This document shows positions 51,372-64,000 of a stretch of 64,000 bases of DNA, one piece after another. Location: assembly GCA_051294375.1 (NCBI GenBank), contig CM119265.1:23971308-24035307 (forward strand). The letters are read 5' to 3'. The notes beneath the pieces are model-generated. The model was not told where the DNA came from and made no database searches. It saw only the letters and a program-made list of their open reading frames with translations. This DNA is from Paraspadella gotoi (lineage: Eukaryota > Animalia > Chaetognatha). The translations under genes and the position numbers were made by a program. Every line of letters begins with the position of its first letter. Position 1 is the stretch's first letter.

Positions 51372-51567
51372 GTGGACTAAAGAGTCCTATCCGCAACTTC
51401 TATAACCCCTCTAGGAGCCATGGAACGGGTCATGGGCTTGTTAACAGTCTTGGGGGTTTTCCAGGCCACCAAGTCCTCAAGGCTGCCGCAGGGTAGTTAA
51501 CTGGTTGGGATTGAACCCGTTACCTAGTGGTCATGAGCTGATGGCTTTACTCAATGTGCCACCAGGT
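51372..51567 (-). mobile_element. tRNA-derived SINE
   Basis: Minus strand: TGGTGGCACATTGAGTAAAGC (A-box-like), then CGGGTTCAATCCC (B-box), then a non-tRNA body. No convincing cloverleaf. Confidence 0.6.
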
Positions 51568-52274
51568 CACATTGGAAGGTAAAATGCTTATGGGCGGGGT
51601 GAATTTAGGCTACGGGTAAGAGTCGAGTGTGAAAAAAGGAGACGACTTTCCCAAATATAAGTGGAGAGAAATGATTTGAGAAAGGGAGATGAATGTCCTT
51701 TAGGATAATAGGATAAAAAGAAAAGAATAAAGGATGATATACAAATGAAATAGCGTAACAGATGTGAAAGGTGAAGCGATGAGTGGCGTCTGTCGGGAAT
51801 CGTCTCTCTCCCCCGCGTCGTAGAAATCCCTCATGGACCTCTCTCTCTCTNNNNNNNNNNNNNNNNNNNNNNNNNNNNNNNNNNNNNNNNNNNNNNNNNN
51901 NNNNNNNNNNNNNNNNNNNNNNNNNNNNNNNNNNNNNNNNNNNNNNNNNNNNNNNNNNNNNNNNNNNNNNNNNNNNNNNNNNNNNNNNNNNNNNNNNNNN
52001 NNNNNNNNNNNNNNNNNTTTTTTTTTTTCATCAAAGTCGAACCATCGTGAAAAGAGTTTGGTTCACGCTCGAAAAAACTCGGCTTGATGAAATTTGACCC
52101 GGTCCTCTCATCAGGGAAACTTTCCTCCCTTTTCGAAAATAAGAAGGAAAAAGGGAGAAAAAAGAAAAAAAGTATAGATAACAACATGAAAGGAGGAAAG
52201 GAAAATCTCACGGACAATGACCGTTTTCTTTCGTGGTCTTTTCTCCGTCTTCGTCGTCGTCATCGTCGTCGTCG

Positions 52275-52306
<32 letters not shown>

Positions 52307-52388
52307 GTCCATCCCCCGTGATGTTTTTCTCATCTCGGTAATGTCCCGTCTTCATCCCCGTGCTCAACTTCGTCTTCATCTTGATCGA

Positions 52389-52426
<38 letters not shown>

Positions 52427-52663
52427 TTTGTCGCCCCTTTTCTTTTTCTTCACTTCATATTTCTGCTATTTTTGCCTTTTTTGTTGACTTCATGTTCACA
52501 ACTTTCACAACGAGATATTATTCCGGTTTTCGTCACTATCGTCTTTCTCGTTTGACAGTCAGCGTCGTCGTCGTCGTCGTCGTCATCTTCGCTTCAAACG
52601 TTTTCCATAATCGACGTAGTTTCGTCGCCGACAAACGCAGCTGTGGTTTTCGTTGTTTATCTT

Positions 52664-52713
<50 letters not shown>

Positions 52714-52799
52714 TTTATCTAACATCGTCGTCGTTCTTAGCCTTTTCGCCATTTCCCTTTCTCGCTTAGACGTCATTGCCGCTTTTGTCGCAATCTTCA

Positions 52800-52830
<31 letters not shown>

Positions 52831-53502
52831 CGTCGCCCGGTTCACTACTGGTCATCTCATTTTATCGTCATAGGGGAGACAGAGAGAGAGTGAGAAAGAA
52901 AAAGAACGAGTGAATAAGCGAGCACGAAAATTTCATTTGCATATTGGAGTCTTCTACTTCTATTCTTCTTTTGTTCGTCCGTAGAAAAAAAAAGGACAAA
53001 AAGACGAAGAAAGTGAATGAATCGATTCTCTAGAGAAATTTTCTTTTTTTTTCCCGTATAAAGCGGCAGCATCTTCTCTTTTTTTTCACGGAATTAAAAA
53101 AATTCACAATTTCCCAATTTTCTATAATTATCTTTCTTTCTTTGCTCTAATTGCAAATAAGTGTTGTTATGCAGGCGGTTTATAAAGTCAAAAGTCGATA
53201 TCTCTCTTATCATCGGTTTCTGCTGAGACATTATACAATAAGTCACTTGAATGATAATAGATTAATAGCTGTCTTCTCCCCGCCTATTTAGCTAGTTTGT
53301 TATATTTTTTTTTTGCAACCATGAGTTTTAATTAACGCAAAAAAAAAAAAAAAAAAAAAAAAAATTCGACATTTTTGAAAGACTCGAATTGAAAAAGTTC
53401 AAACGAGAATCTTGACTTCATCTACTTTGTTGAGAGTCCGGTTTTTACGTCGTCAGGAATATAATTGCCGTCGACGTTGACTCCGTAGATGATGCGCGGC
53501 CG

Positions 53503-53540
<38 letters not shown>

Positions 53541-53772
53541 CGCGTGCCCGTCGCCATGGGAACTCGGCTTCGGTAACGATATTCAGTCATCTGCGGTCGG
53601 GGGAAGAAAGGAGAAAGAGAGGGAGGGAGAAAAAAAAAGGGGAAAAAAAAAGGGAATATAATATAAAATAATAAAAAAAAAATGGACGATGAAAATTAAT
53701 GTGAACAACTCTCACAATTTCACGTTTGAACCGTAACGGATTCTAAAATGAAATTAAAACAAATGAAAGACC

Positions 53773-53858
<86 letters not shown>

Positions 53859-55099
53859 AAAGAAGGGGAGAGTTATTAGAGCCCAGAGGCAAAGGTGGAG
53901 ACATGAAAGAAAGAAAAAATAGAGTGGAGTGCCTTTGACGAGTCTTGATGACACCCAGGACGCCGCCTTTGAAACTGGGCAGGCTGAATGCGCAGAGTTT
54001 GGCAGAGAGAGAGAGAGAGAGAGAGAGAAAGATAGAGAGAGAGAACCAGAACGCGAAACAGTCATCTTGAAGTATTTACGTTGTGTCGAAACACCTATAA
54101 ATTATCTAAAGTCAAGAGTAATGATTCAGAACTATATCAATACGTTTTTACTAAGGCAGCCTTAATCGCATTTAAGTAAATGTAGGGGAGCCAATAAAAC
54201 TATGAGAAAAAATCATTGTACACTGTACGTCAGGAATAAATTAAAATGTTATATTTATCAATAAAAGTCGGGATCTAACGTTTCAGCCAGCGCGACTGAT
54301 CGACGCTTGTCACTCGCCGAAATAACGAATCACGATCCTTGCTAGCATCACCTTTCCCCCACTACAACCACCACCTTTTCACCACCACTACCGTCACAAC
54401 CACTACCACACCACCGTCACAACCACCACCAAAACCACCGACAACCGATTTAGCCTCGTTTCAAATTCTCCCGCGATTTCGATGACCGGAAATGACGTCA
54501 TCGGGCGATCGAGGCTCGGCGCCATTAAGAGCAGACAAAGGGGAGGAGGAGAAAGGGTAGTAGAGTGGGATGCAAAAAGAGAACGGACAGGTGAGGGTTA
54601 AGGGGGGGGGGAAAGGGGAGGTAGAAGCGGACTCGCTTATCACAGTCGGGGATCATTTCCTGTTTTCCTCTCGAGAGAGCGAATTAAAGTAGGCGTACTG
54701 TACGGATCAGGGAATGTCCTCGGGGGGAAAAATGTAGGAGCGTGACTTATGCGCGTCGTTAAGAGATAGTCGAGTCCCGTTGTAGTTAAAATATGTTCAT
54801 AACAAGTATTTTTGGGGTCTATGGAGCCTGGAGGTGACAGCTTTATATTTACACTTTCTCCTCTCTTTATTTTGCGAGGGAAATTAAGGACTTAAAAAAA
54901 AGTGACATTTGGAAAAAAAAAAGTTTTACCGGCGGCGTTCAGAGCTTCTGGCGGTTTCGCTGCGGCGGCGGGAGGTTTCGCTGCGGCGCCCTGCGGTTCC
55001 GCTGCAGCTGCCTCATCGTTCACTCGATCGATGGTCGCTCAGTCTCGGATTCTGAGGCTGGAATCGTTTTGATGAAATTTAATGATAAACGAGAGAGAA

Positions 55100-55138
<39 letters not shown>

Positions 55139-55411
55139 CTCTCTCTCTCTCTCTACTCTCTCTCTCTCTCTCATCTCTCTACAGTCTCCGGTCACCAAAC
55201 CTTCACCGAGAGCCCTTTCCGAGTACTCAGCATTGAGAGGCGTGCGAGACGGTTCTGCAACAAAGCAAATCGGGATTCGATACGTTTGATTGGTCGGGCA
55301 ATCAAATCATTATTTTACTAACACAAATATCTCATTCTACATATCAAATTGTTCGTTGATTTATCTAAACGAAACGTTTAATTAAATATCTAATTACAAT
55401 AATTAACTTAC

Positions 55412-57408
55412 CCACTGATCCGCCATACGATTCCGTCTCGTTGTATTCGGACGATCCCGCGTCCAACATGACCTCCACTTCTTCGTTTCTCACCGACTCA
55501 TCTTCCTCCCCTTCACCCTCTCCCTCCCCTTCCTCCCTCTCTTTATCCGCGAACTCCACGTGGCCCGACCTCGCCCCCTCCTTCTCTTCCTCCCCTTTCT
55601 CCTTCTCTTCCTCCCCTTTCTCCTTCGCGACTGAATCCTCGGCGAACTCGCCTTTCGAATCTTCGACGATTTCGTCGCTCATCTCCTCCTTTTCCATCGA
55701 ATCCTCGTATCCTTCTTCCTCTCCTTTCCTCCCTTCTCTTCTCTTTCCTCCCCTTTCCTCCTTTTCTTCTCCCGCGCTCGGCCGATCCGATTTTTTCTCT
55801 ATGCTCTCCAACTTTCCGACATCCCTGCTTGTATTTCCCTCTTCCGGCTTGCTCGTTTTCTTGCTTCTTTCTCTGCTCGTTCCTCCGCTTTCCTTTTTGC
55901 TTTCCTCCTTTCTTTCCAGTTCCGAAAATCGCGACCTTTTGTTCGCGCTTCGGTCGTCGTCGATGTCTTTGAAATCTGAAAAAACAAAAAAAAGCATCGA
56001 GTTAATTGTTGATTCAATCAGATCGAAAAACTAATGATAAAACGAAACAATTATGTGTTTGAAAATACTATTAAGTAGTTACTATACAGGCAAATATTAC
56101 AAAATTAGAATCAAGGTATCGTTAATAATACGTAAAACAACAATTAATTGAAAAACATTTAAAAAAAATACGCTCTATTAAAATTTTCCTTTTCATCTTT
56201 CTTTCAGATCAACAAAAATCGAACAACAAATGGCAAAGCATCCCCCCCACCAATAAAAAACCTAAAAACAAACAAAACAAATAATAACAATAATGAAAAA
56301 GTAAACTTAACACACACCCCCCTCCCGAACAAAACAGAAAATAAAACACAAAATGTGAATCTCTCCCGGAAAAAAAACCCCCAAAAATCCAACCCTGACG
56401 CCATAACGACTCCGAAGGAGCAACAACGGAAAATCGAAAATCATAACTATTCGCTCCACGGGCCACGGGTCGATGCCAAGGGGTCAAAAGGCGTGGGCCA
56501 ACGAGCGCAACGCCATATATGGAATCGCATAACCTTATCAACGCCGACGCCGTCGCGCCAAAATTCAAATTATTTACGGTTTCGGCCTCTGGGTGAAAAT
56601 TGCTAGAGGAAGGGAAGATTTTCAGGGGTTGGAAGGATCAGCTCAAAGTCAGGCCATTATTTTCAGTACATTTTTACAATATAATTATTTCTAGAATAAA
56701 AATCGATTTATAACTTTTAATTCTCTATCCCAATCCGATAAAAATATTCAAATCTGATGAAAAAAACGTTAATATGTTAATAGTGATAGTAATAGTGATA
56801 TGATAATTTTAAAAAATGCTTCCGCGAATTTAATTATGAGACAAATATCAAAGTCTGCGTTTTTTTTTGTTTTATCCAAAAGACACTTTAACAATATCTA
56901 TAGTGGAAGTCTTAGTGGGCAAGGGTAAGTTTGAAAACGGGTCAAACTGGTCAAGTCGAGACAGAATTGAGAATTTTGTTGAAAATAGGATCAGTTAGGA
57001 ATTTATCATTTGTCTCGTCTCACCTTGACCAGAGTTGATGCTCTTTCCCATTTCTTTCTTGGGACGATTTTCTGTGAAGGAAAAGAAAAAGGAATTCATG
57101 AAAATTCACTAAAATGGGAAAAAGTATAATAAAAAATCCAATTTAAATAAAATTTTAAAAAAGTATGTAGTCGGGCATGGTTGAGATTTCTTTCGAAGTA
57201 GAGACAAAATAAATACAACTAATTTCTACAATAAACTATTTTCGTTTTCGAACCTAATCGCCACGCCCACCTGTCTCCACGCCCACCTGTCTCCACTCCC
57301 CCCCACGTCCCCCCCTCTCTCTCTCCTCACCGTTTTCTTCCTCGATATCGAAGTTCGGTTTCGCTTCGGGTTTTTGTTCCGTCTTCTTTTCGTCCTTTTT
57401 AAGCTTAA
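55412..57408 (-). CDS. Two internal exons of an acidic Glu/Lys-rich low-complexity protein (uncharacterised)
   Basis: Exon 57408-57331 (78 nt, tatttag|..|gtgag) and exon 55975-55412 (564 nt, ttttttcag|..|gtaag). Both are phase 1-1 and splice in frame: KLKKDEKKTEQKPEAKPNFDIEEEN-D-FKDIDDDRSANKRSRFSELE..EVMLDAGSSEYNETESYGGSV. No stop codons. Confidence 0.7.
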
Positions 57409-57970
57409 CTAAATACAAATTAGACGTATTATTTATTGAATGAATGAAATATGAAATGATCAAAGACAAACGTAAGTACCAAAATCTATTTATATTATGA
57501 CATAAGTTCTTTCATCGAACTTTTCACCATTTCTATGTAAGTCGTACATTCTTGGTTATTCGCGTACTTTTTTTTTCACTCGTTAATAAATTGCCTTTCA
57601 TACTTTCAATCATTGTCATTAATCGTTATTGAAATTACGTTCTCTCTTTCTGTAAAACTCTAATGCAGTTTCGCTCTCTCAAATTCAGCCTCATTCAAAT
57701 TCAAGGAAAACCAAAAAATACGAGGGAAATAGTAAGAAGAAAAAAAATGTAGAAGAGCTTTTCGTCTCAGGGTTACGAAACATTCAAGTTATATAATTAC
57801 ATATTTGTTTCTCGCTTATCTCATTAAACTAAGTCTTACTACAATATGGTCATTGGTCAACATCTGCAAAGTTTTACCATCTTTTTAAAATCGAGACGGG
57901 TTAAGTTTATAAATTAAGATTCGGCGAATTCGAAGTGCAAGAAAGCAGAAAAGCGGGAAAAGCAGGATGT

Positions 57971-58049
<79 letters not shown>

Positions 58050-58057
58050 AGCGAGAA

Positions 58058-58096
<39 letters not shown>

Positions 58097-58850
58097 CACT
58101 TTCTCATCGTTTATTTATCTATCATTCTCGTTTTACGTTTTCAAGTCCTCAAGACGATTTTTCATTTCACTGTCCCTGTCACGTTTTCTTTAAATCCATA
58201 TATTCAAATTACTTTAATTTTAAACATTGCGCTTTCAACTGCGCACATCTTAATGCGCCTTTTCCCATCCCATTTCCAATTCGACGTCTCGTTTTATCCT
58301 TTCATTTTTCAAACATTGAAATTTTTTCTTCTTCAAAGGCAGATGCATATTGCATCGTTCGTCGAGTTAGAGACACCTGCTCAAAAACGAACTTCACTTT
58401 CCGACACCTGCTACCGTTTTGAAACCGCTATTTCTGTCTCTCAGTTTCCGTGAGGAGAGTTAGTTTATCGAGTTTGTTTTGAAAGTTTGTTCATGTTTAT
58501 GTTAATACATAAAACCCAAGTTGAACAATAAGTTTTCTGTTTTCTTTTTCAGTTTATAGTTTTTAATTTTGTAACGCGATGGCAAGCATAAAACCTTTAC
58601 TATGCAGAGAAACTCTGATTTTGACGGATAAGAATAATATCTTATCCGATGTCGAAAACTCAAGAGATGTCGCCTCAGACTTCTTCACAGATAGCTTTAC
58701 AGATGGCGCCACAACAAACGTATCCAATAACTATCCATCCACAGATGCAGCCACAGACGGGGCCTGTTACGCTTTCACAAACCTCACTTCAGACGCCGCC
58801 ACATACACTTCGAGAGACGACTGACTGACATTAACTGTTTCCGGTTTTTA

Positions 58851-58903
<53 letters not shown>

Positions 58904-59324
58904 GCTCGAACCATCTCGTCCGCCGCCGCCTCCACCGCCATCCTTCGTCGCGCCTTTGCCCTCTGCCGACGCAGCCATTGACCCCGCGCCGGCGCCGGTG
59001 CAAGCGCCGGGGCAAGCGCCGGTGCAAGCTCCTGTGTCGACCTCCGCTCGGGTCAAACTCTTTTCTCTTTTTATTATATCAGTTTGTTTGTTTGTTTGTT
59101 TTTCTCTTATTTTTTTTCCCCCTTTCACCGTCTTTTCCGATTCGCTAAAGGGATAAACTGGACTCGACGTTTGGACCGTTGTCGTCGTCGTCGTCGTTGT
59201 TGTTGTTGTTTATGGTTTTCTTAGTTCGGTTGTTGTTGTTGTTTTTGTTATCTCTTCCTCGAGGCGAAAGACGAATGAACTCCCAAATCCGATCTTTTCT
59301 CTTCCTTTGTTTCCAAAGAACGAA

Positions 59325-59362
<38 letters not shown>

Positions 59363-61794
59363 ACGACGGATTCCCGGAATCACAAATTCTCTTCGCAGAA
59401 ACCTGAGCCCAAATTCGGATCAGTGATCCAGAATTTCGATCACGTGACACAGCCCGAAATTCCGGTGCCACATTTTATCGCGTCGATGGCTGGAGATGGT
59501 GAGAGGGGAGAGGGTGGTAAGGTGGGAGGGCGGCAGGTGCNNNNNNNNNNNNNNNNNNNNNNNNNNNNNNNNNNNNNNNNNNNNNNNNNNNNNNNNNNNN
59601 NNNNNNNNNNNNNNNNNNNNNNNNNNNNNNNNNNNNNNNNNNNNNNNNNNNNNNNNNNNNNNNNNNNNNNNNNNNNNNNNNNNNNNNNNNNNNNNNNNNN
59701 NNNNNNNNNNNNNNNNNNNNNNNNNNNNNNNNNNNNNNNNNNNNNNNNNNNNNNNNNNNNNNNNNNNNNNNNNNNNNNNNNNNNNNNNNNNNNNNNNNNN
59801 NNNNNNNNNNNNNNNNNNNNNNNNNNNNNNNNNNNNNNNNNNNNNNNNNNNNNNNNNNNNNNNNNNNNNNNNNNNNNNNNNNNNNNNNNNNNNNNNNNNN
59901 NNNNNNNNNNNNNNNNNNNNNNNNNNNNNNNNNNNNNNNNNNNNNNNNNNNNNNNNNNNNNNNNNNNNNNNNNNNNNNNNNNNNNNNNNNNNNNNNNNNN
60001 NNNNNNNNNNNNNNNNNNNNNNNNNNNNNNNNNNNNNNNNNNNNNNNNNNNNNNNNNNNNNNNNNNNNNNNNNNNNNNNNNNNNNNNNNNNNNNNNNNNN
60101 NNNNNNNNNNNNNNNNNNNNNNNNNNNNNNNNNNNNNNNNNNNNNNNNNNNNNNNNNNNNNNNNNNNCGTCGTTCGGTGAAAAGCTTAGGCTTCAACCAT
60201 AACGAAAACGTCGAGAGCCTTACTTTCGAGAATACACTCTTGCGCAAAAAAAAAGTAGCAACATTTTCACATAAAACCGTATTGAATGGCTGCATTCTAC
60301 AAAATATATATATATTTTTTTGCGCCGCAGTGTATGACAAACAAGTTGACAAAGAGAAACGAAAATAATGGACGAGGTGACAATGACAACACATAGAACG
60401 AGGGACGACCGAGCTTTTCTCATTACGTCGTCGTCTTTGTCGTCGTCGTCGTTTTCTTCGTCGTCGTTTTCTTCGTCGTCGTTTTCGTCCTCCTCCTTCC
60501 TCATTGATTCATAGCGCTTTGCGAGCCGATTTCCCTTTTTGCATAAATGAGGTTTTAAGCCACTTTTCTTTTTTTCTTTTTCTTCTCCTTGTTTTTCTTT
60601 TCTTTCTTTCTTTATTTTTTCCCCTTTTCTCTTTTTTCTTTTCTTTTTTATTCCTTCTTTCCTTTTTTCAAAAGAGAACAAAAATAAACGATTCCTAATT
60701 TCGTTGCTCTTTTTTTTCCCCTCGAGATAATTTCGCTTCTTTTTATTTCTCCATCTTAATTGATCTATCGATTCTTTTCCTTCTTTTTTCTTCTTTTTTA
60801 TCCTTAGTTCTCCTTCTTTCCTTTCCTCCCTTTCTTTTCCTCTTTTCCTCCCTTTTTTTTCCCTCTCCATCCCTATTTATGTCTTTCTATTCTAGAACTA
60901 ATTCCTTCGTTTGAAGGCTTTTTAATCCTTTCCAACTGATAAAATTTAGCTAATTAGATATATAATTATATATATATAAATAGCGACACCTCGCTTTCGT
61001 TACAGTTACTACAGTCATATTCAAAAACAAAAGCCTAAACGCCTAAATCATCCGACTTCCATAACTTTTCTTTTCCTCCATAAGATGCATGAATTTTTTC
61101 CTAATTCCTCTAATCCGCATAACGATTACTTACCCTCTTCACTTTCCAAAACTACCTCAGAGATCTCAACCCATTTTCGTCCAGCGACTCAGAGAATTCC
61201 CTTTGACTCGATCCCGACCTTTTCCCGACTTCGAAAGTCGATCACTTACCGACCTGACTTCCCGACCTGACCTCCAGACTGTTTCCCGACCTGGCCTCCC
61301 GACCGGGTCAATATTATTTGGTCATTTCACCGGAGTCATAGTTGACCTTTTTCTGACCATTCCTATCCCAAGCCCGACGCTTCTCGACTTTGGCAGACAT
61401 NNNNNNNNNNNNNNNNNNNNNNNNNNNNNNNNNNNNNNNNNNNNNNNNNNNNNNNNNNNNNNNNNNNNNNNNNNNNNNNNNNNNNNNNNNNNNNNNNNNN
61501 NNNNNNNNNNNNNNNNNNNNNNNNNNNNNNNNNNNNNNNNNNNNNNNNNNNNNNNNNNNNNNNNNNNNNNNNNNNNNNNNNNNNNNNNNNNNNNNNNNNN
61601 NNNNNNNNNNNNNNNNNNNNNNNNNNNNNNNNNNNNNNNNNNNNNNNNNNNNNNNNNNNNNNNNNNNNNNNNNNNNNNNNNNNNNNNNNNNNNNNNNNNN
61701 NNNNNNNNNNNNNNNNNNNNNNNNNNNNNNNNNNNNNNNNNNNNNNNNNNNNNNNNNNNNNNNNNNNNNNNNTCTCTCTCCTCCTCTCTCCTCT

Positions 61795-61886
<92 letters not shown>

Positions 61887-62186
61887 AAGCTCTCAAGCAC
61901 TTATCAGGATTCAGTCTCACGCAAACACGTTCCAACACAACCTCGAGCACGGACACGCAAGTCTGGCCTTAGCACGTGCATCTGAAAAATGGTTAAAAAG
62001 GCAAGAATTTTGGGAGGGAAGAGAGAGAGAGAGAGGGAGAGAGAGTGAAGAGAGAGAGAAGGAGGGAGAGAGATAGAGAGAGAGGGAGGGAATGAGAGAA
62101 GAGAGAGAAAATGTCTGAAAGCCTAAAAAAAAAGAGAAATAAGATAGAAGCGGAGAAGGTTTTTCTGGCCCAGGTGGATGCCCAAG

Positions 62187-62265
<79 letters not shown>

Positions 62266-62407
62266 TGCCGCCGCATAGAAATGACATCATTTCCACAGAA
62301 TCCACACCGAAGTTTCGATATGGCGGAGGAGGAGAAGAGAAAGGGGGGAGTGTTGAGGTGAGAAAGACGAGTAAGAAGGTAAGTCGATCGCGTTCCCATC
62401 TGCCTGA

Positions 62408-62453
<46 letters not shown>

Positions 62454-63107
62454 GGAATGGACGGAGATGAGTCGAGTCAGCCAGTTGGACAAGTGTTAAG
62501 AAAACCAGGTCGGGAAATGGTCAAGATGTACCTAGTCGGGAATCAGGATCGGATGGGAGGGTAAGGTAGTCAATTATAAGAAGGTCAGGTTGGGAAATGG
62601 TCATGTGGTCAAACAGAAATTGGTAAGGAACGCGAGGAAACTGTTGGGAGGCCTAGTGTAGAAAATGTTTATTAATTTCTCCTCGTGCTTCAGCCCAATC
62701 ACGACTTCCTCCCACATCCGGGATCCCGTCAAGAGAAAGTGGGCGTGGCCGAAGGCGGAGTGAGGGAGGAGGCGAAAAAAAGAAACGGACCACTCAGGAA
62801 ACCCGGGCCATCGATTTCTATTACATCCGGGTTAATGGACCGGCAAAAGGGGGAAATCAAGATTAAACTGGCNNNNNNNNNNNNNNNNNNNNNNNNNNNN
62901 NNNNNNNNNNNNNNNNNNNNNNNNNNNNNNNNNNNNNNNNNNNNNNNNNNNNNNNNNNNNNNNNNNNNNNNNNNNNNNNNNNNNNNNNNNNNNNNNNNNN
63001 NNNNNNNNNNNNNNNNNNNNNNNNNNNNNNNNNNNNNNNNNNNNNNNNNNNNNNNNNNNNNNNNNNNNNNNNNNNNNNNNNNNNNNNNNNNNNNNNNNNN
63101 NNNNNNA

Positions 63108-63200
63108 AGTCTGCCTCGTTTCTTATTTCGTCCCGGGTTCAATCCCAACCCGTTACCGGCCTTACCTACCCTACGCGAAGTGTGAGACGGGTATCTTCAC
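63108..63200 (+). mobile_element. Fragment of the same or a related SINE
   Basis: cgggttcaatcccaacc.gtta..ctaccct shared with the 51372-51567 element. Its 5' part lies in the N gap. Confidence 0.45.
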
Positions 63201-63839
63201 TCTTCTCGTATGGTTCGGTACTTCAGGGGATCGTTCCCTGTATCTCGTGGTCACGAACTTTTCTCAACTTTTCAATTTGAACAAGAAAATATCCCCTTGC
63301 TTGCTTGCTTGCTTGCTTTGATTCTGACCTTAATTAATTCCGACTTAATTCTAATTCGGATCTGACTTATATAATATATTCGATCCTTATTCCTTTTTGA
63401 GGATGAGCAAAACTCTTGCTCTTTCACAGAATATTGTCCCAGTCAAACGGTGAGATATTGATTTGGTGAAAGAAAGAGCTGACGTCGCTGCATTGAAATT
63501 GTCTCGAGAAAAAAAAGTGGGAAAGGAAGAGATATTGTGAATGAATTGTAAAGAAGAAAGAAAAGTGAGACCAATTTCGGGTGATTGGTGTGAAATTGGC
63601 GTGGGAGTGAAAATGTNNNNNNNNNNNNNNNNNNNNNNNNNNNNNNNNNNNNNNNNNNNNNNNNNNNNNNNNNNNNNNNNNNNNNNNNNNNNNNNNNNNN
63701 NNNNNNNNNNNNNNNNNNNNNNNNNNNNNNNNNNNNNNNNNNNNNNNNNNNNNNNNNNNNNNNNNNATCGACGGCGAAATAAACTTTGAAGTTGACGGAT
63801 TTAACTTCCGAATTAAGATGTGAGTCGTCAACCTCGATT

Positions 63840-63980
63840 TCAGATTCATGATTCTATATTCTCCCGATTCCATATTACAGATTCCAGAAATCAGATTTTC
63901 CCCGATTCCAAATTCCAGATTCCACAAATCAGTTTTTCCGATTCTAGGTTCTAAATTCTTAGATTTTTCAAAATTCCAAA
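63840..63980. repeat. Degenerate ATTCCA(G/A)-type short repeat
   Basis: gattccata, gattccaga, gattccaaattccagattccaca, aattccaaa. Confidence 0.6.
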
Positions 63981-64000
63981 CTAACAACTTCGACTCGTCG

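Noticed and set aside
52600-52860. Stop-codon reassignment (TAA/TGA read-through) in the Asp-rich tract
   Set aside because: Stops coincide with apparent frame switches and the clean 564-nt exon has none, so indel noise is the simpler explanation.
58579-58824. 81-aa ORF with TDAATDG repeats
   Set aside because: Better explained as a decayed acagatg..gccaca short repeat. No homology clue.

Overview
This is eukaryotic (animal-like) draft-genome sequence, not prokaryotic. It is AT-rich, has GT-AG introns and abundant (AG)n and (GAC)n microsatellites, and contains many N gaps, six of them exactly 25 N. Long-read-type single-base indel noise breaks most reading frames. Best-supported content: (1) a 5-exon minus-strand secreted CAP/SCP-superfamily gene (170-2140), visible only after correcting at least 5 single-base frameshifts and lacking both canonical cavity histidines; (2) a 3' fragment of a non-LTR (LINE) retrotransposon; (3) a duplication at an 8,328-bp offset that repeats both, probably a gap-filling artefact; (4) two phase-compatible exons of a very acidic, Glu/Lys-rich protein (55412-57408, minus); (5) several interspersed repeat families (DINE-1/HINE-like, a tRNA-derived SINE, an unclassified ~250-bp family), minisatellites and a telomere-hexamer array with spacers. 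No CRISPR array, rRNA or intact tRNA is supportable. I see no firm evidence for a wholly new biological system. The most promising leads are the atypical CAP gene, the CCCTAA/spacer array and the HINE-like family.
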